Of a DNA stretch of 64,000 nucleotides, positions 37,894-47,296 are shown piece after piece; the first letter of the stretch is position 1; each line of letters begins with the position of its first letter. Position numbers and translations under genes: made by a program. The stretch is from Fimbriimonadales bacterium (lineage in GTDB: Bacteria; Armatimonadota; Fimbriimonadia; Fimbriimonadales; ATM1). A model generated the notes under the pieces. The model was not told the origin of the DNA. It did not search any database and saw nothing but the letters and a program-made list of their open reading frames with translations. The stretch is taken from the NCBI GenBank assembly GCA_051003155.1, contig JBPCLO010000011.1, positions 1 to 64,000 on the forward strand. The letters run 5' to 3'.

Positions 37894-39237
37894 ATGAGTG
37901 AAAAGCTGACCTGCTTCAAGGTGTACGACGTTCGGGGGAAAGTGCCGTCGGAACTCAATGCGGATATCGCCTACAGAATCGGGCGTGCGCTGGCGGACGA
38001 GACAGGGGCTAAGACGTGCGCGATCGGGCACGACATCCGGCTGAGCAGCAAGGAGATTTCGGATGCTTTAGCCCGCGGGCTCTCGAACGCCGGCGTGGAC
38101 GTTTTCGACATCGGGCTCTGCGGCACCGAGATGATCTACTTCTCCACCGCGCACTACGGCTACGATGCGGGCGTAATGATCACCGCCAGCCACAACCCAC
38201 CGGAGTACAACGGCATGAAGATCGTGCGCGAGAAGAGCAAGCCCATTAGCGGCGACTCGGGACTGTGGGAGATCGAGCGGCGCACGCGCGAAGGCGTTTT
38301 CGAACGGAGCGGCGGGGGGTCAGTTCGGCAGCAAGATGTTTACGACGACTTTGTAAACCACGTCCTACGAATCGTAACACCAGATACGCTCAAGCCAATA
38401 AAAGTACTTGCGAATCCCGGAAACGGATGCGCCGGCATCGCTGTACAGGCAATGGAAGCGCTGCTCCCGCTGCAGATCACGCCCATGAACTTCGAGCCAG
38501 ACGGGACGTTTCCGCATGGGGTGCCGAATCCCATTCTCGATGAAAGCCGTGCAGATACTGTGACTCGAATGATGCCTGGCGGCTTTGACCTTGGTGTCGC
38601 CTGGGACGGCGACTACGACCGTTGCTTTTTCTTCGACGAGAAGGGTGCTTTCGTCGAAGGCTACTACATCGTCGGGCTGCTTGCGCAAGATGCCCTAACG
38701 GGCCGTCCAGGCGAGGCGATTGTGCACGACCCACGCCTCGTTTGGAACACCCTCGACATCTGCGATAGGCTCGCAGGACGGCCGGTGATGTGCAAAACCG
38801 GGCATGCTTTCATCAAGGAGAAAATGCGCGCGGAGAACGCCATTTACGGCGGCGAGATGAGCGCTCACCATTACTTTCGCGACCACTGGTTCTGCGATAG
38901 CGGGATTCTGCCGTTCCTGATGGTGGCGAGGCTGATAAGCCGAACCGGCAGGTCCCTAAGCGAGCTCGTGGGCGAGATGATGGAACGCTATCCCTGCAGT
39001 GGGGAAATCAACAGCGTAGTCAGCGATCCCGAATCGGGCCTCCTTCGAATTCGCGAGGCCCTCCCTGGAGGGCTCGAGGACCGGACGGACGGTTTGTCTT
39101 TGGAGTTCGAGCAATGGCGATTCAACGTTCGATCAAGCAACACGGAGCCCATCGTGCGATTGAATGTGGAGAGCCGTGGGGATACCGAGCTCGTTCGGGA
39201 AAAGGCCGCCGAAATCGTCGAGCTACTGCGGCATTAG
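37894..39237 (+). CDS. manB: Phosphomannomutase/phosphoglucomutase
   Basis: YDVRG, TASHNP, DGDYDR, GEMSAH, RSSNTEP. Confidence 0.93.
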   Translation: MSEKLTCFKVYDVRGKVPSELNADIAYRIGRALADETGAKTCAIGHDIRLSSKEISDALARGLSNAGVDVFDIGLCGTEMIYFSTAHYGYDAGVMITASHNPPEYNGMKIVREKSKPISGDSGLWEIERRTREGVFERSGGGSVRQQDVYDDFVNHVLRIVTPDTLKPIKVLANPGNGCAGIAVQAMEALLPLQITPMNFEPDGTFPHGVPNPILDESRADTVTRMMPGGFDLGVAWDGDYDRCFFFDEKGAFVEGYYIVGLLAQDALTGRPGEAIVHDPRLVWNTLDICDRLAGRPVMCKTGHAFIKEKMRAENAIYGGEMSAHHYFRDHWFCDSGILPFLMVARLISRTGRSLSELVGEMMERYPCSGEINSVVSDPESGLLRIREALPGGLEDRTDGLSLEFEQWRFNVRSSNTEPIVRLNVESRGDTELVREKAAEIVELLRH

Positions 39238-39443
39238 TAAGGCTTAGCGGGGGTCTTGTAAGGTGAAACGGTGTCCTTGATCTTTACTTGACCCTCAGAT
39301 GGAACGATCTGGTTGTCCTGCGACTCCGGATAGTCTGCGCGCGGCAATGGCTCGGCGGAATTGATCATCCAAACTAGGATAGCAAGCGCCGAAATGATAA
39401 TTACGCCAAGGGCCATCCACGTAGTCGCTCGGCGTGTAGCCAT
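39234..39443 (-). CDS. Small single-TM protein
   Basis: MATRRATTW followed by a TM helix; TAATG overlap with the upstream gene. Confidence 0.6.
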   Translation of the reverse strand: MATRRATTWMALGVIIISALAILVWMINSAEPLPRADYPESQDNQIVPSEGQVKIKDTVSPYKTPAKPY

Positions 39444-40315
39444 TAGTCTTGGAGATCCCAAAGGTAGTCGGCCGTCGACTGGATCCGGCCACGCCATTGC
39501 GGAGCGAATTCGCACCCTTGAACAAGGAGCGGCAGGCTAACGGAGGCGGCCCGGCCGTCGGCGTACAGAATTGTGAACCGATTTCTATGCCAGGGCCAGG
39601 CACCACCGTAAACGAGCCAGGAAGTCGAACTGGACGGCTGCCAACCAGGGGGGTTAAACCCGAAGTACGAACGAGAGTTCCCGGGTATGCCGAAAGTGTC
39701 ATAGGGTCCGGAGGGCGTGTCTATGTATCGGCATGGTGGAACCACAACCCAGCTTCCTCCCCCATACGGTTGTCCGGTCACGGATCGGTCCCATACCGAA
39801 TCGATAAAAGCGATTGTGAGCGACTCATTGGCAATCTGCGAGCCGCTTACCGGGTAGGCGCTCCAGTTACCTGATTGGTCCTCGATGAGCGGGCTCAGAT
39901 AGAGAAAGTTGTAGCCCAGGTTCGATCGAAGTGAAGCGCTGTAGTAGTTCTTCCAACCGCCGATGCTCACTTTGGACCTCTCGGTTATCCCGAGCCGCCC
40001 AGTGTCGGAAGGGCATTGGAATAGCGCGAAGTCACCGGCATAGGGAAGCAGCGTTTGAACCCAACTGCGGTCTTCCTCCGAGTTGTTCACGTTGGCCTTG
40101 CGGTAGTTGACGGGTGGAACCGTGTCGTCGTAGTCGCCTTGGTAAAGCGCGAGCGCGGCGCCCACCTGGGCAAAATTGTTTAGGCACTGTCGATTGCGCG
40201 CCGCGGCTGTAGCGGTGCGGACCACCGGAAAGAGGATGGCGGCAAGAACGGACAGAATTGCACACACCACGAGCAATTCCACCAACGTGAAGCCAAATTC
40301 TTGCCTTCTATTCAA
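39443..40315 (-). CDS. Prepilin-type N-terminal cleavage / H-X9-DG domain protein
   Basis: GFTLVELLVV..I..VLAAILFPV, C..N..Q, H-RNRFTILYA-DG. Confidence 0.92.
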   Translation of the reverse strand: MNRRQEFGFTLVELLVVCAILSVLAAILFPVVRTATAAARNRQCLNNFAQVGAALALYQGDYDDTVPPVNYRKANVNNSEEDRSWVQTLLPYAGDFALFQCPSDTGRLGITERSKVSIGGWKNYYSASLRSNLGYNFLYLSPLIEDQSGNWSAYPVSGSQIANESLTIAFIDSVWDRSVTGQPYGGGSWVVVPPCRYIDTPSGPYDTFGIPGNSRSYFGFNPPGWQPSSSTSWLVYGGAWPWHRNRFTILYADGRAASVSLPLLVQGCEFAPQWRGRIQSTADYLWDLQD

Positions 40316-40375
40316 TGCCTATCACCTGCACTAAGTCCGGAGACCTTCGCTCACCGAACGATCACCGGATACTTA

Positions 40376-41200
40376 TTATAACGAGTAAGCGACAAGTTCC
40401 GCTCCCTTTTCGAAGCCTTGCGCGGAATACCACGACGCCAACGAGTCCTCGCACTGCAGAACAAGGCGCAGGTTCCGTTCGGCCGCGAGCCGCAACATCT
40501 GTGAAACCGCTCGCGTTCCGATGCCGGCGGATCGCCTATCCTGCCTAACACACAGATTATAGAGCCCGGCGACGCTTCCTGTGATACTCAAAGCGGCTGC
40601 CGCCACCGTCCCGCTCCCGTCGCCCATGCTGTAAAACTCCTGGCTGTCGGCCGATGCGGCAAGAAGGGCAGTGAGCGAGCGCCTCGTGTCACGGTCGCTC
40701 CTCCAGAAGAAAGTATCCGAAACGAACTTCGCAGTAACCGAAATACGTTCCTTCGACGAGTCTCTTTCTAAAATCGTATCGCCATGCTCGCCGTGGGCGC
40801 CTGCTACCATTCCTGCCAGCTTGTACCGCGGCTTTAGACCAACCCTTTCCAATCGCTTCCCGAGATCCGCGGGCCTGTCACCGTCCATCACATACGCCCG
40901 AAAGTGCGGCTTTGCCTCTGCGTTCGAGACGATACGCTCGAGTTCGTTGGAGGATAGTCGAAAATGCGTCGCAAAGTTGCCAATCGGGTGCGCGAAGCGG
41001 CTCGAGCATGACCACATGGAGTCGGATTGCGTAACTCTGGCACCGGGGGCATTGCGTCCCAGCGAGATGTATGTCTCACCCACGTTTTGCCTCAAGGCTT
41101 CGACGTCGGTCAAGTCTTCAGTGTTCCTGGGTAAGGTACTGCACATCTCGGGAGCATTCTCGCAACATAGTCTTCGCGACAAGTCGAGCCTTTCCTGCAA
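40376..41200 (-). CDS. GNAT family acetyltransferase
   Basis: GLYNLCV...RRSAGIG, WY..QGF; start uncertain. Confidence 0.75.
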   Translation of the reverse strand: MQERLDLSRRLCCENAPEMCSTLPRNTEDLTDVEALRQNVGETYISLGRNAPGARVTQSDSMWSCSSRFAHPIGNFATHFRLSSNELERIVSNAEAKPHFRAYVMDGDRPADLGKRLERVGLKPRYKLAGMVAGAHGEHGDTILERDSSKERISVTAKFVSDTFFWRSDRDTRRSLTALLAASADSQEFYSMGDGSGTVAAAALSITGSVAGLYNLCVRQDRRSAGIGTRAVSQMLRLAAERNLRLVLQCEDSLASWYSAQGFEKGAELVAYSL

Positions 41201-41224
41201 GGAAATCGGGAAACTTAGCTACAA

Positions 41225-42313
41225 ATGAGCCAACAAAAGCAGAAAAGCGGCGGGGGGGCTATTCGCATTGCTACGGTTGCCGGTATTCCGATCCGCCTCC
41301 ATTTCACGTTTTTGCTGTTCATCGTGTACGTCGCGATCGTTGCCAATCAAACAAATTCGCCGCAGCTCATCGCCCTCATTCCCGCGATCTTTCTATGTGT
41401 GGTGCTGCACGAATTGGGGCACGCCCTCGTGGCGAAGAGATACGGGATTCGAACTAGAGAGATAACCCTCTACTTGATCGGAGGGATTGCGTATATCGAA
41501 GGCAGGCCAAAACCAGCTCAGGAGTTTTGGATCGCACTCGCGGGGCCGGCGGTGAATGTGGTCATTGCCTTGATTCTGCTGCCTTTCGTATACTACCAAT
41601 ACGGCGCCTTGCCGCCGCTAAATTTTTCGGTCGAGCGGGAACCGTTTCTCCGGGGCTTGTATCTCGCCAACGTCGCGTTGCCGCTCTTCAACATGATCCC
41701 AGCCCTTCCCATGGACGGCGGCAGGGTCCTCAGGTCGGTTCTCGCGATGCGAATGAGCGAGAGCAGGGCAACCAAAATCGCCGCGACAGTGGGGCAGACT
41801 TTCGCTTTCGGCGTGGCTATTTACGGGCTGACCAGCGGAAACATCTTTTTGCTTTTGATCGCTTTCTTCGTCTTCATGGGGGCATCCCAAGAAGTCGCAT
41901 CCTCGGTCGGCTATTCTCTCGTGGCCCAGAAGCGAGTAGCTGACGCGATGATCACGCAATTCTCGGTTATCGGCAGCGGTGAAACCCTCGGCAAAGCGGC
42001 CAGGTTGCTGATGCAGAGCTCGCAACGCGACTTTCCGGTTGTCTGGGGCGAAGATATCCTTGGCGTCCTCACCCGGGAGGACATCATACGGGGCCTTTCG
42101 GGTGACGGTTCGGACGAATACGTAGCCGCTTATATGCATCGTGACTTCCGGAAGATGTCGCCGTCCGATCCACTCGAAGACGCGTTCGAATCGTTCACGC
42201 GAGACGACAAGTCACCGGTAATCGTTTTGGACCATGAGAAGCTCGTGGGCATGCTGACCGTCGAGAGCTTGACGGAATTCATGATGCTCGAACAGGCTCG
42301 CTCTGCCCGTTAG
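41225..42313 (+). CDS. Site-2 protease (M50) with CBS pair
   Basis: HELGH, AGPAVN, FNMIPALPMDGGR, C-terminal CBS domains. Confidence 0.94.
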   Translation: MSQQKQKSGGGAIRIATVAGIPIRLHFTFLLFIVYVAIVANQTNSPQLIALIPAIFLCVVLHELGHALVAKRYGIRTREITLYLIGGIAYIEGRPKPAQEFWIALAGPAVNVVIALILLPFVYYQYGALPPLNFSVEREPFLRGLYLANVALPLFNMIPALPMDGGRVLRSVLAMRMSESRATKIAATVGQTFAFGVAIYGLTSGNIFLLLIAFFVFMGASQEVASSVGYSLVAQKRVADAMITQFSVIGSGETLGKAARLLMQSSQRDFPVVWGEDILGVLTREDIIRGLSGDGSDEYVAAYMHRDFRKMSPSDPLEDAFESFTRDDKSPVIVLDHEKLVGMLTVESLTEFMMLEQARSAR

Positions 42314-42654
42314 CGGTGATCGATCGGGGCGCGAGCGCGCGCGGCCAAGTACATGCGAATCCCCTTGCCGCTGACGATCGAGCCGACGATGCTCATCACG
42401 AGCAGTAGCCCGATCCGCAGCAGGACATGGCCGAAGGAGACGCCGATTTCCGTTATGTCCTTTTTGCCGCCGAGTGCGTCCTTGGCAGGAATCGCGAACA
42501 TCTTGGCCGCCTCCAAGAAAGTGAACACAAGTAGGCCTATCCCGAATAGAAAGATGAGTGCTCCCAGGACGACGCCGAACCAGTCGGTGTGCTTGACGGG
42601 TTCAGTAGGCGGCGCAACCCCTTCGGTCTCGTAAGCCGTGTCTGTATTATCCAA
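42310..42654 (-). CDS. Two-TM hypothetical protein
   Basis: Two hydrophobic helices. Confidence 0.6.
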   Translation of the reverse strand: MDNTDTAYETEGVAPPTEPVKHTDWFGVVLGALIFLFGIGLLVFTFLEAAKMFAIPAKDALGGKKDITEIGVSFGHVLLRIGLLLVMSIVGSIVSGKGIRMYLAARARAPIDHR

Positions 42655-42710
42655 TCATCATTCCTGTTGGCCCTTGCGGTGCGTAAGATACCCGTTCGTT
42701 CTTGCGAAGC

Positions 42711-43145
42711 CTATCCCACGATAACTTCGACCGCATCGCCCGACGATACGGATCCGTCCTGAATCACTTTCGCAAGCATTCCACGACGGCCCATCATCTT
42801 ATTGACGAACGAAGGGCCCTCTTCTTCCACGTAGCCAGCCATTGTTCGACAGGGCGCGCAATCGGACGTCACTTCGAGTTCCGCCGTGCCGACCTTCATC
42901 TTCGTGCCGGGAACTAGGCTTTGCAACGACGGCAGATCGACCAGGATTTGCTCCCGGAGCATGCCCGGTTCGTAACCGAACGCTTCCAAATTGGACCGAT
43001 CTAGGAGTAGGACCTGGCGGGCGTCCGCGTACTTTTCGCCTCCCAAAATTCCCCACTCTTCCGTAAGGTGTAGGCGCTCTGCCGTCGTCGTCGGCCCTTC
43101 TACGCCGGGATTTTTGATCCGAACTTCGATGACGCTTCCGCGCAT
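42711..43145 (-). CDS. MOSC domain protein
   Basis: RQV, PG.LREQI, CAPC..M, RRG..AKV...G.V..GD. Confidence 0.88.
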   Translation of the reverse strand: MRGSVIEVRIKNPGVEGPTTTAERLHLTEEWGILGGEKYADARQVLLLDRSNLEAFGYEPGMLREQILVDLPSLQSLVPGTKMKVGTAELEVTSDCAPCRTMAGYVEEEGPSFVNKMMGRRGMLAKVIQDGSVSSGDAVEVIVG

Positions 43146-43153
43146 GGCCGAGT

Positions 43154-44350
43154 CTACCTGCCGATCGTGATGTCCGAGGAGTCACCGCCGTCCTCTTTGC
43201 CGTCCGGCCCGACGCCGTAAAGCTTATACGTGCCCCCTTGCGGAACATAGACGAAGTCTCGACCGGAATAGGGGTCGGTACGCAGCCACTTCGGGAACTT
43301 CAAGAGATCGGCGGGGGCCTTGCCCTCCTGTCTGGACGCCGCGAGCAGCGCGGCGTCCAGCGCCAGGAGGCGCATTTCGGTCTCGAATATCGCCCTCTGC
43401 TCCAAAAAGGCCTGACCGCCCTGGAAGAGACTGTTTGCCAGGCGTTTCCAGGGGCGCTCGCCAGCCGGCTGGTCAGGCTCGTCCCATCGGTGGGCGCCGG
43501 CGGCCACCTGGGCCATTTGATTCTTCACGGTCTGCTCAGCTTCTTGCGCCAATCCCTCGAAGAAAGTGACCTGCTTTGCGCGCGGCTCGTCCTTCATTTC
43601 CCTCATGAATTTGATTGTCGGCTCGACGTAGTCGCCCAGCGCTTTACGTATTTGATCGAAATCACCCACCAGGTACAGAGACTGAACCCACTGGACTGCC
43701 CTGAGCATCGTCTCGCGCTCGTTCCGCAATGTGACCCCCGCGGCAGGGAGCGTTTGGAGGGCAGCACTCAAGCCGGTGTAGACACGGTTCAGTTCGGAGT
43801 TTGGTATGTCCGAGATTCGCCTCCAAAATGGTTTGGCCGCTTCGCGCGCGATTTCGAATCCAAGACCGGCGCTTTGGGCATCTCCACCGGCCAAGTCGGC
43901 GCCCATGCGCGCCGCGATCATGAAATCGTTCGTCGCCTGGGCCAGGCTTTCGGCGGTCTCGGCTTCCTCGATCCTCCAGCAGAGCACGCGGCCGAGAAAC
44001 CGCCAGCCGCGAACAGGCTCGCGAACTGCTCCGGGGATGGCGGGCGCGAAGGAATAGGTGACGGGTCCTGACTGGGCGCTTCGGAGGATTCCAAGTGCCC
44101 GCTGTCCGTGCCGCAAGGCGTAATCCTTCTGGCCAGGCGTCCAAATGGTGCGCGTGATCTGCTTCTGAGTGTCCCGCTCGGCGGCTTTGGCAGCCTCGAC
44201 GTAGAGGGCGTAGCCACGGTCCGGTTTCGGCTCGGAGAAGCCGATCGTGTGATCGGGAAACGGTTTGTCTTCAGGCGGCGTGCAACCGCTGAGCAAGAGA
44301 ACTAAAGCCGCCCATCCCAGGGCAAATCTCCCAAAAGTTGCGCAATCCAT
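43154..44350 (-). CDS. Hypothetical lipoprotein with GspG-like C-terminal tail
   Basis: LSGC lipobox; DPYSG..FVY......LYGVGPDG.EDGG. Confidence 0.7.
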   Translation of the reverse strand: MDCATFGRFALGWAALVLLLSGCTPPEDKPFPDHTIGFSEPKPDRGYALYVEAAKAAERDTQKQITRTIWTPGQKDYALRHGQRALGILRSAQSGPVTYSFAPAIPGAVREPVRGWRFLGRVLCWRIEEAETAESLAQATNDFMIAARMGADLAGGDAQSAGLGFEIAREAAKPFWRRISDIPNSELNRVYTGLSAALQTLPAAGVTLRNERETMLRAVQWVQSLYLVGDFDQIRKALGDYVEPTIKFMREMKDEPRAKQVTFFEGLAQEAEQTVKNQMAQVAAGAHRWDEPDQPAGERPWKRLANSLFQGGQAFLEQRAIFETEMRLLALDAALLAASRQEGKAPADLLKFPKWLRTDPYSGRDFVYVPQGGTYKLYGVGPDGKEDGGDSSDITIGR

Positions 44351-44378
44351 CGCGACGGGTTCAAGATACCCCCATCTT

Positions 44379-45299
44379 ATGAAAGGTGTCATCCTCGCTG
44401 CGGGCAAGGGCAGCCGGCTATATCCCGTGACGAACCATATTCCGAAACCTTTGCTCCCCCTAGCCAACCGGCCCACGTTAGAGTACGCCTTCGATCGGCT
44501 GGTGGATATCGGGGTTACGCAAATCTGCCTCGTGGTGGGCGAAAACGCGGAGGCGATGCGTTCTGCATTAGGCGATGGGAGCGGGGTTGGAGTTCGTTTG
44601 AGCTACGCGTTGCAGGGCGAGCCCAAGGGGCTCGCCCACGCGATGGAATGCGCCCGCGACTTTGTAGGGGCCGACGATTTCGTGCTGTATCTGGGTGATG
44701 CCATCTACAGCGAACCTCTCACCGAAGCTGTGCAACGGTTTTCCCAGAGCGGTTGCGCAAACCTGGATCTCGTGATGCCGGTGGAGGATCCCAGCCGTTT
44801 CGGGGTCGCCAACATCGAAGGCGGGCGCATTGTGAAGCTGGTGGAGAAACCTGCAGCACCGGAATCGAATTTGGCGATGGCAGGGGTTTATTTCTTTAGG
44901 GCGCCGATCTGGGATATGCTCGCCAGTCTTCAGCCTAGCGCCAGGGGTGAGTACGAGATCACGGACGCGATTCAAATGCTCATAGAGCGCGGGTACGAGG
45001 TTTTGCCGAGCGTTTATCAAGGAAGCTGGTTCGACACGGGGACGCTCGATTCTTTCCTCGCCTGCTCTTCGTTTTTGTTGAACGGGGGCACGCTGATCGG
45101 GCCTGGAGCATCGGTCGTCGCGGACGTGGGCAGTTCGGTCTGCATCGGAGCCGGTGCTATCGTCGATTGCGCGGAGGTCGAAGATTCGGTAATCTTGCCC
45201 GGCGCGTCGGTACGTTGTCAGGGACGCATCGTACACTCGATCCTGGGTGGCGGTGTTGAGTCCTTCGGCGATATTCAGAACGAGATCGCCTACGGGTAA
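44379..45299 (+). CDS. Sugar-phosphate nucleotidyltransferase (glucose-1-phosphate thymidylyltransferase-like)
   Basis: GVILAAGKGSRL.P.T...PKPL, EKP, SARGEYEITD, W.DTGT. Confidence 0.92.
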   Translation: MKGVILAAGKGSRLYPVTNHIPKPLLPLANRPTLEYAFDRLVDIGVTQICLVVGENAEAMRSALGDGSGVGVRLSYALQGEPKGLAHAMECARDFVGADDFVLYLGDAIYSEPLTEAVQRFSQSGCANLDLVMPVEDPSRFGVANIEGGRIVKLVEKPAAPESNLAMAGVYFFRAPIWDMLASLQPSARGEYEITDAIQMLIERGYEVLPSVYQGSWFDTGTLDSFLACSSFLLNGGTLIGPGASVVADVGSSVCIGAGAIVDCAEVEDSVILPGASVRCQGRIVHSILGGGVESFGDIQNEIAYG

Positions 45300-45377
45300 C
45301 GGAAATTTAACCGAGAGCAACTTGACAGCGGGCTTTCTGATTGATATACTGTTGTCTACTGTTAATAGGAGGAAATT

Positions 45378-45857
45378 ATGAAGCTTCAAGAACATATGAT
45401 CAACGTGACGCGCGACGGCGCCAAGGAAGCATTCAAGTATGCCAAGGCAGTCCCCGCCGACAAACTGGAATGGAAGCCATTGGAGAACGGCCGCTCCGTG
45501 CTCGACCTTTGCCGAGAGTTGGCAATGTGCCCCGAATGGGCGGTCGAGCTTATAGCCGACAAGGACAAGAACCCCGATTTCGACGAGGCCGCAATGGCTG
45601 ACGCTAAGAAAATGCAGGAAGGATGGAAGACGATCGAGGATTGCGAGACGGAATGCAATGAGCGCCTCGAAAAGTTCTTCTCGCTGATGCGCGAATTGCC
45701 GGATGAGCGATTGGCTGAAACGAAGTGGCTGCCCTACGATGGTGGACGTGACTTCACCATGCCCGAGATGATGGATTACCCGCGGTGGAACTTCAACTAC
45801 CATCTGGGCCAGATCGCCTACATTCAGACCCTGTACGGCGACAAAGAGATGCACTAA
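45378..45857 (+). CDS. DinB family protein
   Basis: VPADKLEWKP...RS, YHLGQIAYIQ; AGGAGG RBS. Confidence 0.8.
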   Translation: MKLQEHMINVTRDGAKEAFKYAKAVPADKLEWKPLENGRSVLDLCRELAMCPEWAVELIADKDKNPDFDEAAMADAKKMQEGWKTIEDCETECNERLEKFFSLMRELPDERLAETKWLPYDGGRDFTMPEMMDYPRWNFNYHLGQIAYIQTLYGDKEMH

Positions 45858-45872
45858 GGGTAAAACCCCTGC

Positions 45873-46448
45873 GTGCACGAGGGCGAGCGGGTACTGGCGG
45901 AGCTTCTTGACGGAAACCGGCGGTTTAGAGAGGGCCGCTCATCCAATTCTCAATATAGCTCCGCGCGCCTCGCCGGGTTGGCGAGCGAACAGTCGCCCGT
46001 AGCCGCGGTTGTCACTTGCGCGGATTCGCGTGTGGCGCCCGAGATTCTGTTCGATCAGCCACTTGGGAGGCTATTCGTCAGCCGGGTCCCAGGGAACGTC
46101 GCCACTGACTCGGCCAAGTGGATGGTCGAGATAGCCGTCGGCCTGTACAACGTGCCGCTGCTCCTAGTGATGGGCCACACAGGCTGTTTGGCGGTCGGAG
46201 AAGTGGTCCAAGGCAAGACGACGGGCACGGGCGGTTCTCTTCGGCTTCGTGTTTCTTCAGCCGTCATGCGCGCTTCGCGCTCGGCGCCCGCCGATTTGTG
46301 GCGGGAGGCCGTCATTCAGAACGTTCACCAGACTATCGAACACCTTTCGATGGAGAGCCAGGCGCTTCGGCCCGCGCTCCGCGCCGATCGCATCGTTTCC
46401 GTGGCAACGCTTTACGAGATGGAGACCGGCGAGGTCATCCGTCTCTGA
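45873..46448 (+). CDS. Beta-class carbonic anhydrase
   Basis: GN.RF, CADSRV, GHTGC. Confidence 0.92.
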   Translation: MHEGERVLAELLDGNRRFREGRSSNSQYSSARLAGLASEQSPVAAVVTCADSRVAPEILFDQPLGRLFVSRVPGNVATDSAKWMVEIAVGLYNVPLLLVMGHTGCLAVGEVVQGKTTGTGGSLRLRVSSAVMRASRSAPADLWREAVIQNVHQTIEHLSMESQALRPALRADRIVSVATLYEMETGEVIRL

Positions 46449-47296
46449 TGCTCGCCCGCGTTGCGACTGCGGTTGTCGGTATTCCGCTGATCGGGTGGGC
46501 CTCGACTTCAACTTCGGTTTGGCCGTTCAAGCTCCTAATTTTGGCTATCGGAATGCTCATGTTTTGGGAATTCAACTCGGTAGAGGGGGTAGCGAAGAAG
46601 TGGTGGGCCTGGATATTGGCGCTCGTGTTGATCATCGTCTGTCTGCTCCCCGTTCCGCTATTCGGAGAGAATGGCTTTGACTTCGTCTTCGCAATAGCAT
46701 TCATTCTCCTTCTTCCCTTCGACTACATCCTTCTCTTAGACCCTGAGCGGCCAATTGTAACGAGGCAATTTGTCTGGCTATTCTTGCCTCTGGGAGTGCT
46801 CACTTGGCTACGAAGCATTGAACTTACCGTCCACTCAGGACAAAACAATCTTCCCGCTGATTTAGGGGCATCAATCACGGATGGCTCAGTGATTCTGCTG
46901 CTCTTTCTGTGCTTGTGGGCAGGAGATACGGCAGCATTCATCATCGGGCGGGCGCTTGGCCGGCGCAAATTGGCACCTGCCATCTCACCGAACAAGACTT
47001 GGGAAGGCGCGATCGCAAACCTCGTCGCCGCGAGCGTTGTGGGATTCGCCATCGGTCCGCTGTTTGGTGACGATCCAGGGTCACCGATCGGGCCTTATCT
47101 CGGGCTTGGCGTGGGCGCTATCGTGGGCGTCCTTGGACAGGTCGGCGATCTTTACGAAAGCGCATGGAAGCGCCGCCATGGAGTCAAGGACAGCGGGAAT
47201 CTTCTTCCGGGGCATGGGGGCGTGCTAGACAGGTTCGACTCGCTGCTATTCTCGGCGCCGGCTGTCGCCACGCTCTTCGCGCTCGTTCGGCTCTAG
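46448..47296 (+). CDS. cdsA: Phosphatidate cytidylyltransferase
   Basis: W.GDT.A, ISPNKTWEG, GDL.ES..KR..GVKDSG..LPGHGG.LDRFDS. Confidence 0.95.
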   Translation: MLARVATAVVGIPLIGWASTSTSVWPFKLLILAIGMLMFWEFNSVEGVAKKWWAWILALVLIIVCLLPVPLFGENGFDFVFAIAFILLLPFDYILLLDPERPIVTRQFVWLFLPLGVLTWLRSIELTVHSGQNNLPADLGASITDGSVILLLFLCLWAGDTAAFIIGRALGRRKLAPAISPNKTWEGAIANLVAASVVGFAIGPLFGDDPGSPIGPYLGLGVGAIVGVLGQVGDLYESAWKRRHGVKDSGNLLPGHGGVLDRFDSLLFSAPAVATLFALVRL

